From Nitrospirota bacterium (GTDB lineage: Bacteria; Nitrospirota; Nitrospiria; Nitrospirales; Nitrospiraceae), in NCBI GenBank assembly GCA_963701855.1, contig CAVPBK010000005.1, positions 96,001 to 160,000 of the forward strand: DNA of 64,000 nucleotides, in the 5' to 3' direction. Made by a program: the position numbers and the translations under genes. Shown here in pieces: positions 38,718 through 47,699 of this stretch. The notes below the pieces were generated by a model. It was not told where the DNA came from, did not search any database, and saw nothing but the letters and a program-made list of their open reading frames with translations. Positions within the stretch are counted from its first letter, which is position 1. Every line of letters starts with the position of its first letter.

Positions 38718-40367
38718 TTAGTGTCGCAACAGTCCTTTGAGCAGGTCTTGGCCCTGTTGCGTTAAGTCTTCCGGTTTCGTCGTCCCTTTCAGCAGCCCAT
38801 CAACCGCTTCCTCAACTTTCTTCTGCACCTGTTCCTGAACTTTCCCGGTTAGGCCCTTCATATCTAATCCATACGATGGCGCCTGTGTTGTTCCGGTAAT
38901 CACCAGCGGGAGACTTATGCGACCTTCTTTCATCGAGAGCTTGGCGACAGGCGATGAACGTGCAATCTTCTGACTTATGTCCTGCGACAGGTTGAGGTTT
39001 ATGGTGAGGTTCAGCGTCTGATCGAATCCGATGGTGCCGCCTCCTGTGGCCCGAAAGTCGTGGCTATCCATCAAGAGCCGTTGGACATGGACGGTCCCTT
39101 GCTTAACGGCGAGATCGGTCTCGATCGTGGAAAAAACCGTTGCCTTGGCGTTATCGAGTGAGAGACCCGCAACGTTGAGAATGGAGATAGCCTCCTGAAG
39201 CAAATTCACACCTTCGATCTTGCCGTCTGTCACCGCTACGTGCCCCGTGCCTTCCAGAGATTTTGTGAGGTCCGGCATAGACAATCCACGGCCTTGCGCG
39301 TTGAAGTCGGCTTCTGCCGTTCCACTGATCGACACCTGGGTAGTTGCCAGAGCGTTGAGCGCCGGAAAGAGTTGTATCCCTTGAATTGTCATTTTGCCAG
39401 TGAACGGTTGTGTATCGGGGCCGGATGTGACTTTTCCTTGTGCTGTCACCTGTCCATCGAAGAGCTGGAAAGAGAGGTTCTGTAACAGCACGTCTTGGCC
39501 TTGTACTTCAGCTGAAATCTGGAGATTTTTCACATCGACGGGTCTCTGGAACGGAAAGATGATCGGCAGATTGGCTGTATTGATGACCGGTGCACTGATA
39601 TTCAGGCTGGCATTTTGCCAGGCCGTTTTCCCGGTGATGATGAAGTCAGTTTTTCCCAATGCGAGCTGGAGATTGATTGCATCAATGTCTGTGGATTCTT
39701 TCAAAGGGCCAAATGTGCCGTTGAGCCTCGCCGGCAGGTTCAACGGTTGGATGAGCATCCCAATGTGGAGGCTCGGGGATTGGCCGAGCCTCACCGATTG
39801 AAGGAGTATCTCCATATCCTGCAAGACATACTCGGTCGGCTTGGCAACTGACAGATCACTATAGATGAGTTTCCCGCCCGCAATGGAGACTCGATCCACG
39901 GCCAGCAGTGCCAGGATTTTGAGCGGGCCTTCGGTCGATGGTACGGGTGCCCGTGAAGGAGTTTTAGGCAGTTCAACGCCTGTACGGCCGACGGTCGAGA
40001 CATTCAGAACGCCGTTCTTGTTCTTGATAACCGTGATGACAGGATTACGGAGTGTGATGTCTTCGACTTCTACCTTGCCGGTGAGCAACGGCAAGAGTTT
40101 GACCCCCACATCCAGCGACGTGAGAGAGGTAAAGGGGCTTGAGCCAAAGGCTGGATCGTCCAGTACGGCAACCCCGGCCACCCTGGCGCCGATCCGCGGC
40201 CAGATAGTCAGGCGGATGTCTTGCACCTGAACCTTGCGGTTGAGTGCGTCCTCGATGAGCGGCTTGTATTGGTCTTTATACTTGTTGAGGTCGATCAGGA
40301 AGGGAAGCGCCAGGATGCCTCCTAGCACCAGGGCGACGACAATAAGTAGACCTATGACAATTTTCAT
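38718..40367 (-). CDS. AsmA-family protein
   Basis: N-terminal anchor, DLNKYK..I..ALNRKV, LLPLL.GKVEV, DGKIEGVNL. Confidence 0.85.
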   Translation of the reverse strand: MKIVIGLLIVVALVLGGILALPFLIDLNKYKDQYKPLIEDALNRKVQVQDIRLTIWPRIGARVAGVAVLDDPAFGSSPFTSLTSLDVGVKLLPLLTGKVEVEDITLRNPVITVIKNKNGVLNVSTVGRTGVELPKTPSRAPVPSTEGPLKILALLAVDRVSIAGGKLIYSDLSVAKPTEYVLQDMEILLQSVRLGQSPSLHIGMLIQPLNLPARLNGTFGPLKESTDIDAINLQLALGKTDFIITGKTAWQNASLNISAPVINTANLPIIFPFQRPVDVKNLQISAEVQGQDVLLQNLSFQLFDGQVTAQGKVTSGPDTQPFTGKMTIQGIQLFPALNALATTQVSISGTAEADFNAQGRGLSMPDLTKSLEGTGHVAVTDGKIEGVNLLQEAISILNVAGLSLDNAKATVFSTIETDLAVKQGTVHVQRLLMDSHDFRATGGGTIGFDQTLNLTINLNLSQDISQKIARSSPVAKLSMKEGRISLPLVITGTTQAPSYGLDMKGLTGKVQEQVQKKVEEAVDGLLKGTTKPEDLTQQGQDLLKGLLRH

Positions 40368-40668
40368 CAGCGTATCTCTGTACAAACTTCTTCCAGTATA
40401 GGAAAGGGTCAGACCACGGTCAATGTGAGTTAGTTAGTTCCTGGAAACCTAATGGAGACAGAATATGCTCTCACTCCACGTGCGACACTTCAGACCCAAT
40501 TTGGCTACGGTGGTGCAGGTGAAGCTAGAACTCAAGGGTTGAAAGGATCTGTACGAATAGATTGACCGTAACACTATTCGGTCACATCATCGGGGTGTTA
40601 TCCAGGTGTTGCCCGATGATGCAGATAGTGAGCATTACGAGGGCATGGGAGGGGCTTGGTCGATCGGT

Positions 40669-41085
40669 CTAGATGGAAGCAGGAGGCGTGACGGTCGATA
40701 CTTCATCTGAGCAGGCGCTTTCTATACCGTTATAGGCACTGACCGTAAAGTAGTAGACGGTATTAGGATCAAGATCTGTGACCGTGGCAGACACGGCTGT
40801 GGCCATGTCTGTTGGGGGTGCAACGTGTTTGGAACTTTCGTATGTGCAGCTACCTGGTTGACCTGGTGATTGACGGCCGTAATGGACAAAATAGGCAGTG
40901 ATTGAAGTATCTTTAACCGGACTCCATGCGAGAGACGCAGTGGCTCCTACCGGTGCCGCTGATGGTGCGCTGCCGGTCTCTCCTCCTCCCCCTCCGCCGC
41001 ATCCGGTCAGTAGAAGGGGCATTATCATAAGAAGACCCGCAACGATGGCGGACAGGCGTGGTGGTATATAAGCGGTTTCTGTCAT
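40669..41085 (-). CDS. Lipoprotein with a fibronectin type III domain
   Basis: Lipobox LTGC, poly-Gly linker, LAW..., YYFTVSAYN..ES. Confidence 0.8.
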   Translation of the reverse strand: MTETAYIPPRLSAIVAGLLMIMPLLLTGCGGGGGGETGSAPSAAPVGATASLAWSPVKDTSITAYFVHYGRQSPGQPGSCTYESSKHVAPPTDMATAVSATVTDLDPNTVYYFTVSAYNGIESACSDEVSTVTPPASI

Positions 41086-41226
41086 TCTAGCTAGTCCGAG
41101 GGAAGGATTGTTTCTTGGTCAAACCGCTCATGTGCTGCTCTAGGGGGCGGGCATGGTTGTCCTGATTTAGGTTCGGTCAACTTCGTGCGTGATACTGGGC
41201 AAGAAGATGAGTGTGATTAAACCATC

Positions 41227-41242
41227 AGCAAAGCGTGTGCCA
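41227..41242 (-). promoter_or_regulatory. Candidate sigma54 promoter of the FN3 lipoprotein gene
   Basis: Minus strand TGGCAC-ACGCT-TTGCT. Confidence 0.65.
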
Positions 41243-41334
41243 TGGCGCGACATTTTAAACGATTGATTTATTGATATAATTTTACGATGGCGTAGTTGAT
41301 TGAAAATGTTGGAGTTGTAGAGCCTGAAGGGGAG

Positions 41335-42407
41335 ACCGTACAGATTCTGTCCGGCTCGGAGAGCGTCGCTCCATCCCGTTCTCCGCTTATTTATCCAGCT
41401 ATGACTCTCTCCAAGTTGGGAGAGGGCTCGATATCAAACGACTCAAGGAGTTGGCGCACGAGCACAGCAATCTGAAACGCCTCTATGCCGACATGGCGTT
41501 GGAGAATGCGGCGCTGAAGAATGTCCTCGCACAAAAGATCTACGGCTTGTTGAGCGGCAGGAGATGGTGATCCACCTGGCCACGCAAGGCGGCCTTTCGT
41601 TCAGCAGGCCTGTCAGGCTGTGGGACTCAGCCGGGCCCACCTACTATCGTCCCCTGGTGGATTGGGCATGCCGTGATGCGGCGGTGATAGAGGTACTGAC
41701 CACGTTGGGTACCACGAAACCCCGCCGGGGGTTTTGGAAATACGTGGACCAGTTGTGGCTTACCGGGTATCGCTGGAACCATAAGCGCTTGTGGCGGGTG
41801 TACTGCCGACTCCGACTCGATCTGCCGCGACGAACCAAGAAGCGGCTGCCGGTATGGCCAGTTGCACCCGATGGCCCTGATCCCACAGCCCAATGTCGTG
41901 TGGGTACTCGACTACATGGGTGAGACGTTGTAGGGCGGGCGGCGGTTCCGGACCTTGAATATTCTGAATGACGGGGTGCGAGAAGCCTTGGCGATCGAAG
42001 TGGACACGTCGTTGCCCGCCGAACGCGTGATTCTGGTGCTGGAGCTCGTAACAGCCTGGCGGGGCAACCGCAGGCCCTTCGGCGCGACAACGGCCAAGAA
42101 TTCCTCGCCGATCGTGTTGCAATCTGGTGTGCGGATCGTGGGATCGCGCTCCGGTGTATTCAGTCGGGCAAGCCCAATCAGAATGCCTTCATTGAAGGGT
42201 TCAATCGGACGGGGCGACATGCGGTGCTCGATGCGTATGTCTTCGAGTCTCTCGATCAGGTGTGAGACATCAGTGCGCAGTGGATGCAGGAGTACAATGA
42301 GGAGCGCCCCCATGACACCTTGGAGCGGGTGCCACTGTCCCTGTTCAGCGCCTGACAAACCGCCGGAAGTTCTTCTTTGAAACTATCTTCTTGACGGAGA
42401 AGCTTAC
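41335..42407 (+). mobile_element. IS3-family element, heavily degenerate
   Basis: OrfA remnant KRLKEL..LKRLYADMALEN; OrfB fragments WNHKRLWRVY, WVLDYM, REALAIEVDTSLPA, QNAFIEGFN, YNEERPH across frameshifts; right end ...TTGACGGAGAAGCTTAC. Left end approximate. Confidence 0.82.
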
Positions 42408-43227
42408 GAAATGCCTCGGCTACATCGCGTACGTGGTGTCGGTCGATGAGGGCCGACAGGGTTCTCGATCCAGACCGTTTCATTGGGGACAATGATTTCG
42501 TAAGGACGGTGGTTTTTGATATGTGGGAGCAACTCGTTTTCGTAGGTGACGATCACGTCTCCCACTCCGCGCTCGAAAGTCGTGACCGATTCGCGCCCCC
42601 TCTTGTCCATCACCTTCACGTTTTTCTGGATGTGCTTCAACAACCCTACGGCAACGGCTTCTGCCGATTCGGCACTCGGTTTCTTTCCGGCACCTGCCTG
42701 CTGCTCGGCAAGTTTCAGCCCAGCTCCATAGATCGTGAGATCGCGACCGCATCCCACATCGCTCCGCCCGGCGTCTTGGGATTTGGATAGAGGACTTCTA
42801 TGCCGGGTCTGGCGAGATCCTCCCGGACCTTGATCCCCTTCGGATTTCCCTTCCGCACCCCGAGTGCGACGACTGAGGCGGAGATCATCCCTTTGTGCGG
42901 TCCTGTCCGCCAGTCATGAGAAATCAATCCCGCCTTGGCGATCTGGTCGAGATCACCCTCCAGTGAGAGCGCTGCCACGTCGGCGTCGAACCCTCCGATG
43001 ATCGCCCTAGCCTGGGCACCAGATGCTCCGTACGAACTTCGGATACGAACGTCTTGTCCCGTCCGTTGTTTCCAGCTCCGCTGGAACGCAGGTATGATCG
43101 TGCGTTCGTAGGCTTCCTTTGGCATGCTATAGACCGCCAGCACCAACTCCTTGGTCTCTCCGGCTATGACGGAACTGGAGAATGCTACTCACGCTAGCAA
43201 GACAGGAAATAGGATTGAGACAAACAT
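42408..43227 (-). pseudogene. sbp: Sulfate ABC transporter substrate-binding protein pseudogene
   Basis: SYGASGAQARAI..GFDADV, VRKGNPKGI, PNPKT.GGA.W, GDV..TYENE; in-frame TGA in the signal region, frameshift at ~42750, 3' end cut by the IS. Confidence 0.85.
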
Positions 43228-43262
43228 AATGACTTTTCTCCGATCGGACGATGACAGCAAGG

Positions 43263-43706
43263 TTAATTCACACGCTTCGCCGGCTTTGCCATGGCAAACT
43301 GGCTCAGCGTGTAATGATCCAGAATATCGGCGATGGCATTGCGAACTTCACCCATCGCATCTTGCAACGGACAGTACGGCTTCGTTGCATAGGGGCAGTC
43401 GCTACACTTTTGATAGGCGGTTTTGCTCACACAGGAAATAGGCGCGAGTGGCCCATCCAAGATGCGGATCACTTGGCCCAAGGTGATTTCGTCGGGCGAC
43501 TTGATCAGCGTATAGCCGCCCTTCACTCCGCGACGACTTGAGAGGAGGCCGGCTCGTTTCAGTGCCAGGAGGATCTGCTCAAGAAATTCAACTGGAATAT
43601 GTTGGCGCGTCGCAATCTGGTGGCGCTGTAGCGTCAGCTTACCATGGGCAAGGGCGAGCTCAAGCAGTGCGCGGAGTCCGTACTCGCTCTTTTTTGAAAG
43701 CTTCAC
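43263..43706 (-). CDS. Rrf2-family transcriptional regulator (Cys-containing)
   Basis: SEYGLRALLELA, FLEQIL..LKRAGL..S.RG.KGGY, four Cys in the C-terminal loop; upstream of sbp. Confidence 0.93.
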   Translation of the reverse strand: MKLSKKSEYGLRALLELALAHGKLTLQRHQIATRQHIPVEFLEQILLALKRAGLLSSRRGVKGGYTLIKSPDEITLGQVIRILDGPLAPISCVSKTAYQKCSDCPYATKPYCPLQDAMGEVRNAIADILDHYTLSQFAMAKPAKRVN

Positions 43707-43982
43707 AGAGGGGCAGGCCTAATTATGAGTGAGTTAGTTAAGATGTAGAACAATAGGGTACCGCGCTACTCCCGTCAAGTGTCGATCTGAAAAAATGAGC
43801 GGAATAATTCAAGATCTCCAATCCATGGTGCTCATCAATTTCATAGAGACAATGTGCTGCAACTTGTTGATCCTAGAGGGGTTGTGCCTTGACAGGCTCT
43901 GCAAATTCCTGTTAGCTTCTCTGCTCATTTCAACGCGCCTAGCGTAAGAGTTCAGGCTTCTATCACAACGACTGGACTGTTC

Positions 43983-44924
43983 GTGACCTTCCAGGATCTC
44001 ATTCTCACATTGCATCAGTACTGGGCCGAGCAAGGCTGCGTCCTACACCAACCCTATGATTTGGAAATGGGGGCAGGCACCTTTCATCCAGCCACATTTC
44101 TCAGGTCCCTTGGCCCGGAGCCCTGGCGGGCCGCCTATCCCCAACCATGTCGGCGTCCCACGGATGGACGATACGGAGAGAACCCCAATCGCATGCAGCA
44201 CTACTATCAGTATCAGGTTGTGTTGAAGCCGGCGCCGGACAACATTCAAGCATTGTATTTGGAGAGTCTGGCTCAATTGGGGATTAACCCGAAGCAGCAC
44301 GACATCCGGTTTATTCAAGACGATTGGGAATCACCTACGTTGGGCGCTTGGGGTCTGGGCTGGGAGGTGCGCCTTGATGGAATGGAGATTACCCAGTTCA
44401 CCTACTTCCAAGAAATCGGCGGGATCGAACTGAATCCCATTACCGTCGAAATCACCTATGGGACTGAACGCATCGCGATGTATCTGCAGCAGGTAAATAA
44501 CGTCTTCGACCTCGCTTGGAACGATTCCGTCACGTATGGCGATATCCATCATGAAACCGAAGTGCAATTCTCCACCTACAATTTTGAAGAGGGCGATGTG
44601 GCGATGCTCATGGCCACGTTTCAATCGTTCGAGGGAGAATGCAAGAGGCTGTTGGCGAATCGCGACAAACGGTTGACGCTCCCGGCCTACGAATTCTGTA
44701 TAAAATCATCGCACCTCTTCAATCTGCTCGATGCCAGGGGGGCGATCAGCGTGGCGGAGCGCACCGGCTATATCGCCAGGGTTCGAGCGCTTGCGCGCCA
44801 ATGTGCCGAACGCTACATCGAGGAGCGGGCGGCGATGGGGCATCCACTGCTCAATCGCGGGATGGGGCGTGATGGAGCGAAAACATCACGTATTCGTTCC
44901 AAGGCTGTGGCCCGCCGCTCATAA
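43983..44924 (+). CDS. glyQ: Glycine-tRNA ligase alpha subunit
   Basis: [41 protein letters not shown]. Confidence 0.98.
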   Translation: MTFQDLILTLHQYWAEQGCVLHQPYDLEMGAGTFHPATFLRSLGPEPWRAAYPQPCRRPTDGRYGENPNRMQHYYQYQVVLKPAPDNIQALYLESLAQLGINPKQHDIRFIQDDWESPTLGAWGLGWEVRLDGMEITQFTYFQEIGGIELNPITVEITYGTERIAMYLQQVNNVFDLAWNDSVTYGDIHHETEVQFSTYNFEEGDVAMLMATFQSFEGECKRLLANRDKRLTLPAYEFCIKSSHLFNLLDARGAISVAERTGYIARVRALARQCAERYIEERAAMGHPLLNRGMGRDGAKTSRIRSKAVARRS

Positions 44925-44941
44925 GAACCGCAGAAGGATTC

Positions 44942-47131
44942 ATGCCAAAGAATCAGAAACCTCGCCGTACTGCTCCTCCTGCGAAGAAGGGGAATCGCCC
45001 GTCTTCAGTGACCGTTGCCGAGTTGTTGCTGGAGATCGGCGTCGAAGAACTTCCCTACCAGTTCATCGCTCCTGCCATGGCTGCTTTCAAAGATTCGACT
45101 GAGCAGCTGTTGAAAGACCAATGTCTTGCATTTCAATCAGCCCGTACGTTGGGAACTCCACGGCGGTTGACCCTGGTGGTTGAGGGCCTTGCGACGCAGC
45201 AAACCTCCATGGTCAAGGAAGCGATGGGACCTTCGAAGGCGGTGGCGTTTGATCAAGCCGGCCAGCCGACCAAAGCAGCGATAGGATTTGCCACAGGACA
45301 AGGAGTCTCTGTTCAAGAGCTACAGATTCGCCGGACTTCAAAGGGAGAATATCTTTTTGCGGTGAAGCAGGAACAGGGTCGGCCCGCCAACGTGGTCCTG
45401 AAAGAACTCCTTCCGCAGTTGGTCGCGAAACTATCTTTTCCGAAAGCGATGAAGTGGAATAGCACAGGTGCCCGGTTTGCGCGACCGGTGCGGTGGCTGG
45501 TGGCCTTGTATGGAGGGGCTACATTGCCGATCGAAGTAGCGGGGATTACTGCCGGGAATAAGACCGAAGGTCATCGCGTGTTAGGGAGCGCCAAGGGACT
45601 TGTGATTCGAGATGCCGAGTCCTATCTGAAGGGGCTTGAACGTCAAGGGGTCATTCCCGATCCGGAGCGCCGCCGTCGTATGATCGAAGAACAGATCGCG
45701 GCATTGTGTAAGAAGACCGGCTTCATGTTGAATCTGGACGGAGACTTATTGGATCAGGCGGTCTATACGACCGAATGCCCCAACGCCATTATCGGATCTT
45801 TCAAGCCAGCTTATCTGGAGGTGCCGCAAGAGATTTTGATCACCTCCATGAAAGAGCATCAAGGATTCTTTTCTTTGCGGCACAAAGAGACCGGGAAGCT
45901 CGTGCCCCATTTCATTGCGGTGGCGAATAATCGAGCCAAAGATATGGGATTGATTCGTGAAGGCAACGAGCGCGTCTTAGCGGCGCGTCTGGCCGATGCC
46001 AAGTTTTTCTTTGACGAAGATCGGAAGGTCAAGCTCGGGAAACGTGTGACAAAACTTTCCGGGGTCACGTTCCACCAGAAACTCGGGACCATGGAGAAGA
46101 AGCAGCAACGGGTCAGGAGGCTGGCTGGCTTTATTGCCGCGAGTGTGCGACCTAAGGACGACGAATTGAAACAGGCTTGCGAGCGGGCTGCGGATCTCTG
46201 CAAGGCAGACTTGCTCACTGGTGTGGTTGGAGAATTTCCAGAACTGCAGGGCATCATGGGGGGCGAGTACGCGAAATATGACGGTGAGTCTGAGGCGGTC
46301 AGTCAAGCCATCAGAGAGCAATATCTTCCTCGATCGATTGAAGGTGAGTTGCCCAAGACTATCGCGGGTCAAGTGCTGTCGTTGGCCGACCGGCTGGATT
46401 CGGTCGCGGCTTTCTTTTATGTGGGCCTCGTACCAACCGGTTCGGAGGACCCCTTTGCGTTGCGCAGGAATGCCACGGCCATTGTCCGGATTATTTTGGA
46501 GGGACACCTCCAAATGAATCTTGCGAAATATATCGATAACGCGATCAACAATATTCACGATGATGGATTCAAGGGAACTCAGGGCTTTGAGCTACAAGGT
46601 CGTCGACAAGTCACGGAATTCATTTTTGAGCGTGTTCGACATTACGCCAGGATCGTTCATGCCTTGCGGGACGATGTCATTGAGGCGGTGCTTAAGCAAG
46701 CGCACGACAAGGCGCTGGATCTCGTGGATCTCGTGCAGAGAATGAAGGCACTGGAATCCGTGACGACGAAGCCTGAATTCGATCCTCTGATCGTCGGGTT
46801 CAAGCGGGCGCACAGGCTCGTTGAGAAAGAACAGTGGGATCGCAAACCGGTCGATAGGGCGCGGTTCGAGCATCCCACGGAGTCGGCACTCTGCCAAGCC
46901 ACGGTGGATGAGCGGGAGAAGATGACATCTGCGATGAACCGCGGGGAGTATGGCCAAGCCCTGGATGCACTGGTCCGTCTGAAGCCTGCCATTGATGCGT
47001 TCTTCACAGCGGTCATGGTGAATGCGGAGGATCAGGCCGTCCGAAGCAACCGTTTGTCATTGCTTAAGGAAGTGGACGACTTCTTCAACTCATTCGCGGA
47101 CTTTTCGCAGATTGTGGTACAAGGGAGTTAG
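44942..47131 (+). CDS. glyS: Glycine-tRNA ligase beta subunit
   Basis: LLLEIGVEELP, TPRRL, EFPELQGIMG, GSEDPFALRR. Confidence 0.97.
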   Translation: MPKNQKPRRTAPPAKKGNRPSSVTVAELLLEIGVEELPYQFIAPAMAAFKDSTEQLLKDQCLAFQSARTLGTPRRLTLVVEGLATQQTSMVKEAMGPSKAVAFDQAGQPTKAAIGFATGQGVSVQELQIRRTSKGEYLFAVKQEQGRPANVVLKELLPQLVAKLSFPKAMKWNSTGARFARPVRWLVALYGGATLPIEVAGITAGNKTEGHRVLGSAKGLVIRDAESYLKGLERQGVIPDPERRRRMIEEQIAALCKKTGFMLNLDGDLLDQAVYTTECPNAIIGSFKPAYLEVPQEILITSMKEHQGFFSLRHKETGKLVPHFIAVANNRAKDMGLIREGNERVLAARLADAKFFFDEDRKVKLGKRVTKLSGVTFHQKLGTMEKKQQRVRRLAGFIAASVRPKDDELKQACERAADLCKADLLTGVVGEFPELQGIMGGEYAKYDGESEAVSQAIREQYLPRSIEGELPKTIAGQVLSLADRLDSVAAFFYVGLVPTGSEDPFALRRNATAIVRIILEGHLQMNLAKYIDNAINNIHDDGFKGTQGFELQGRRQVTEFIFERVRHYARIVHALRDDVIEAVLKQAHDKALDLVDLVQRMKALESVTTKPEFDPLIVGFKRAHRLVEKEQWDRKPVDRARFEHPTESALCQATVDEREKMTSAMNRGEYGQALDALVRLKPAIDAFFTAVMVNAEDQAVRSNRLSLLKEVDDFFNSFADFSQIVVQGS

Positions 47132-47146
47132 ACAGGATATGTAACC

Positions 47147-47665
47147 ATGGCACAACATCCTCCCATGGATGCCGCGATCACAGTGACCGGTGATGTTGAG
47201 TCACGCCAGGCGCTGGTTCGGCGATTCGCCAGGGTGGTGTCTCTCGCCATGATTATTCTCTGCAATACGATCGTGTTGGTTGGGTTATGGGCCAGTGGGA
47301 TTAATCTCGATGAACTGGTAGCGACCCCCGATGTGTTCAACTCCAAACAGGATATTTGTCTGCGGCTCGGCTGGCAGCCCGTTACGGGAGCGGTGGACCC
47401 GGTGCCTCTCTGCTCGGAATGGATCCATCTGTCCGATCCGTCCGGCAAGACTCATCAGTTGCAACGGGACACCAAGTTTCGGCAAGGACAGGACGGGCAG
47501 TATTATGTAGATCGGCCAGGGCACGCCGATTATCGGTTACTTATATTGGTGCTGGTTGTCATGGCAGTCATTGCGTTCGGGCTGGTGGCGAAATGGTATC
47601 TGGTCGGCTGGTATCGGCTGCGTCTCGAATCCGCCTCCGGCCATGGGGCGTCGCTTGTCCATTGA
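47147..47665 (+). CDS. Hypothetical two-TM membrane protein
   Basis: Two hydrophobic segments around a loop with 2 Cys; fills the gap between glyS and ppdK on the same strand. Confidence 0.7.
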   Translation: MAQHPPMDAAITVTGDVESRQALVRRFARVVSLAMIILCNTIVLVGLWASGINLDELVATPDVFNSKQDICLRLGWQPVTGAVDPVPLCSEWIHLSDPSGKTHQLQRDTKFRQGQDGQYYVDRPGHADYRLLILVLVVMAVIAFGLVAKWYLVGWYRLRLESASGHGASLVH

Positions 47666-47699
47666 ATTGAACTGAAGTCAACGCGAAGGAGAGGGCAGC

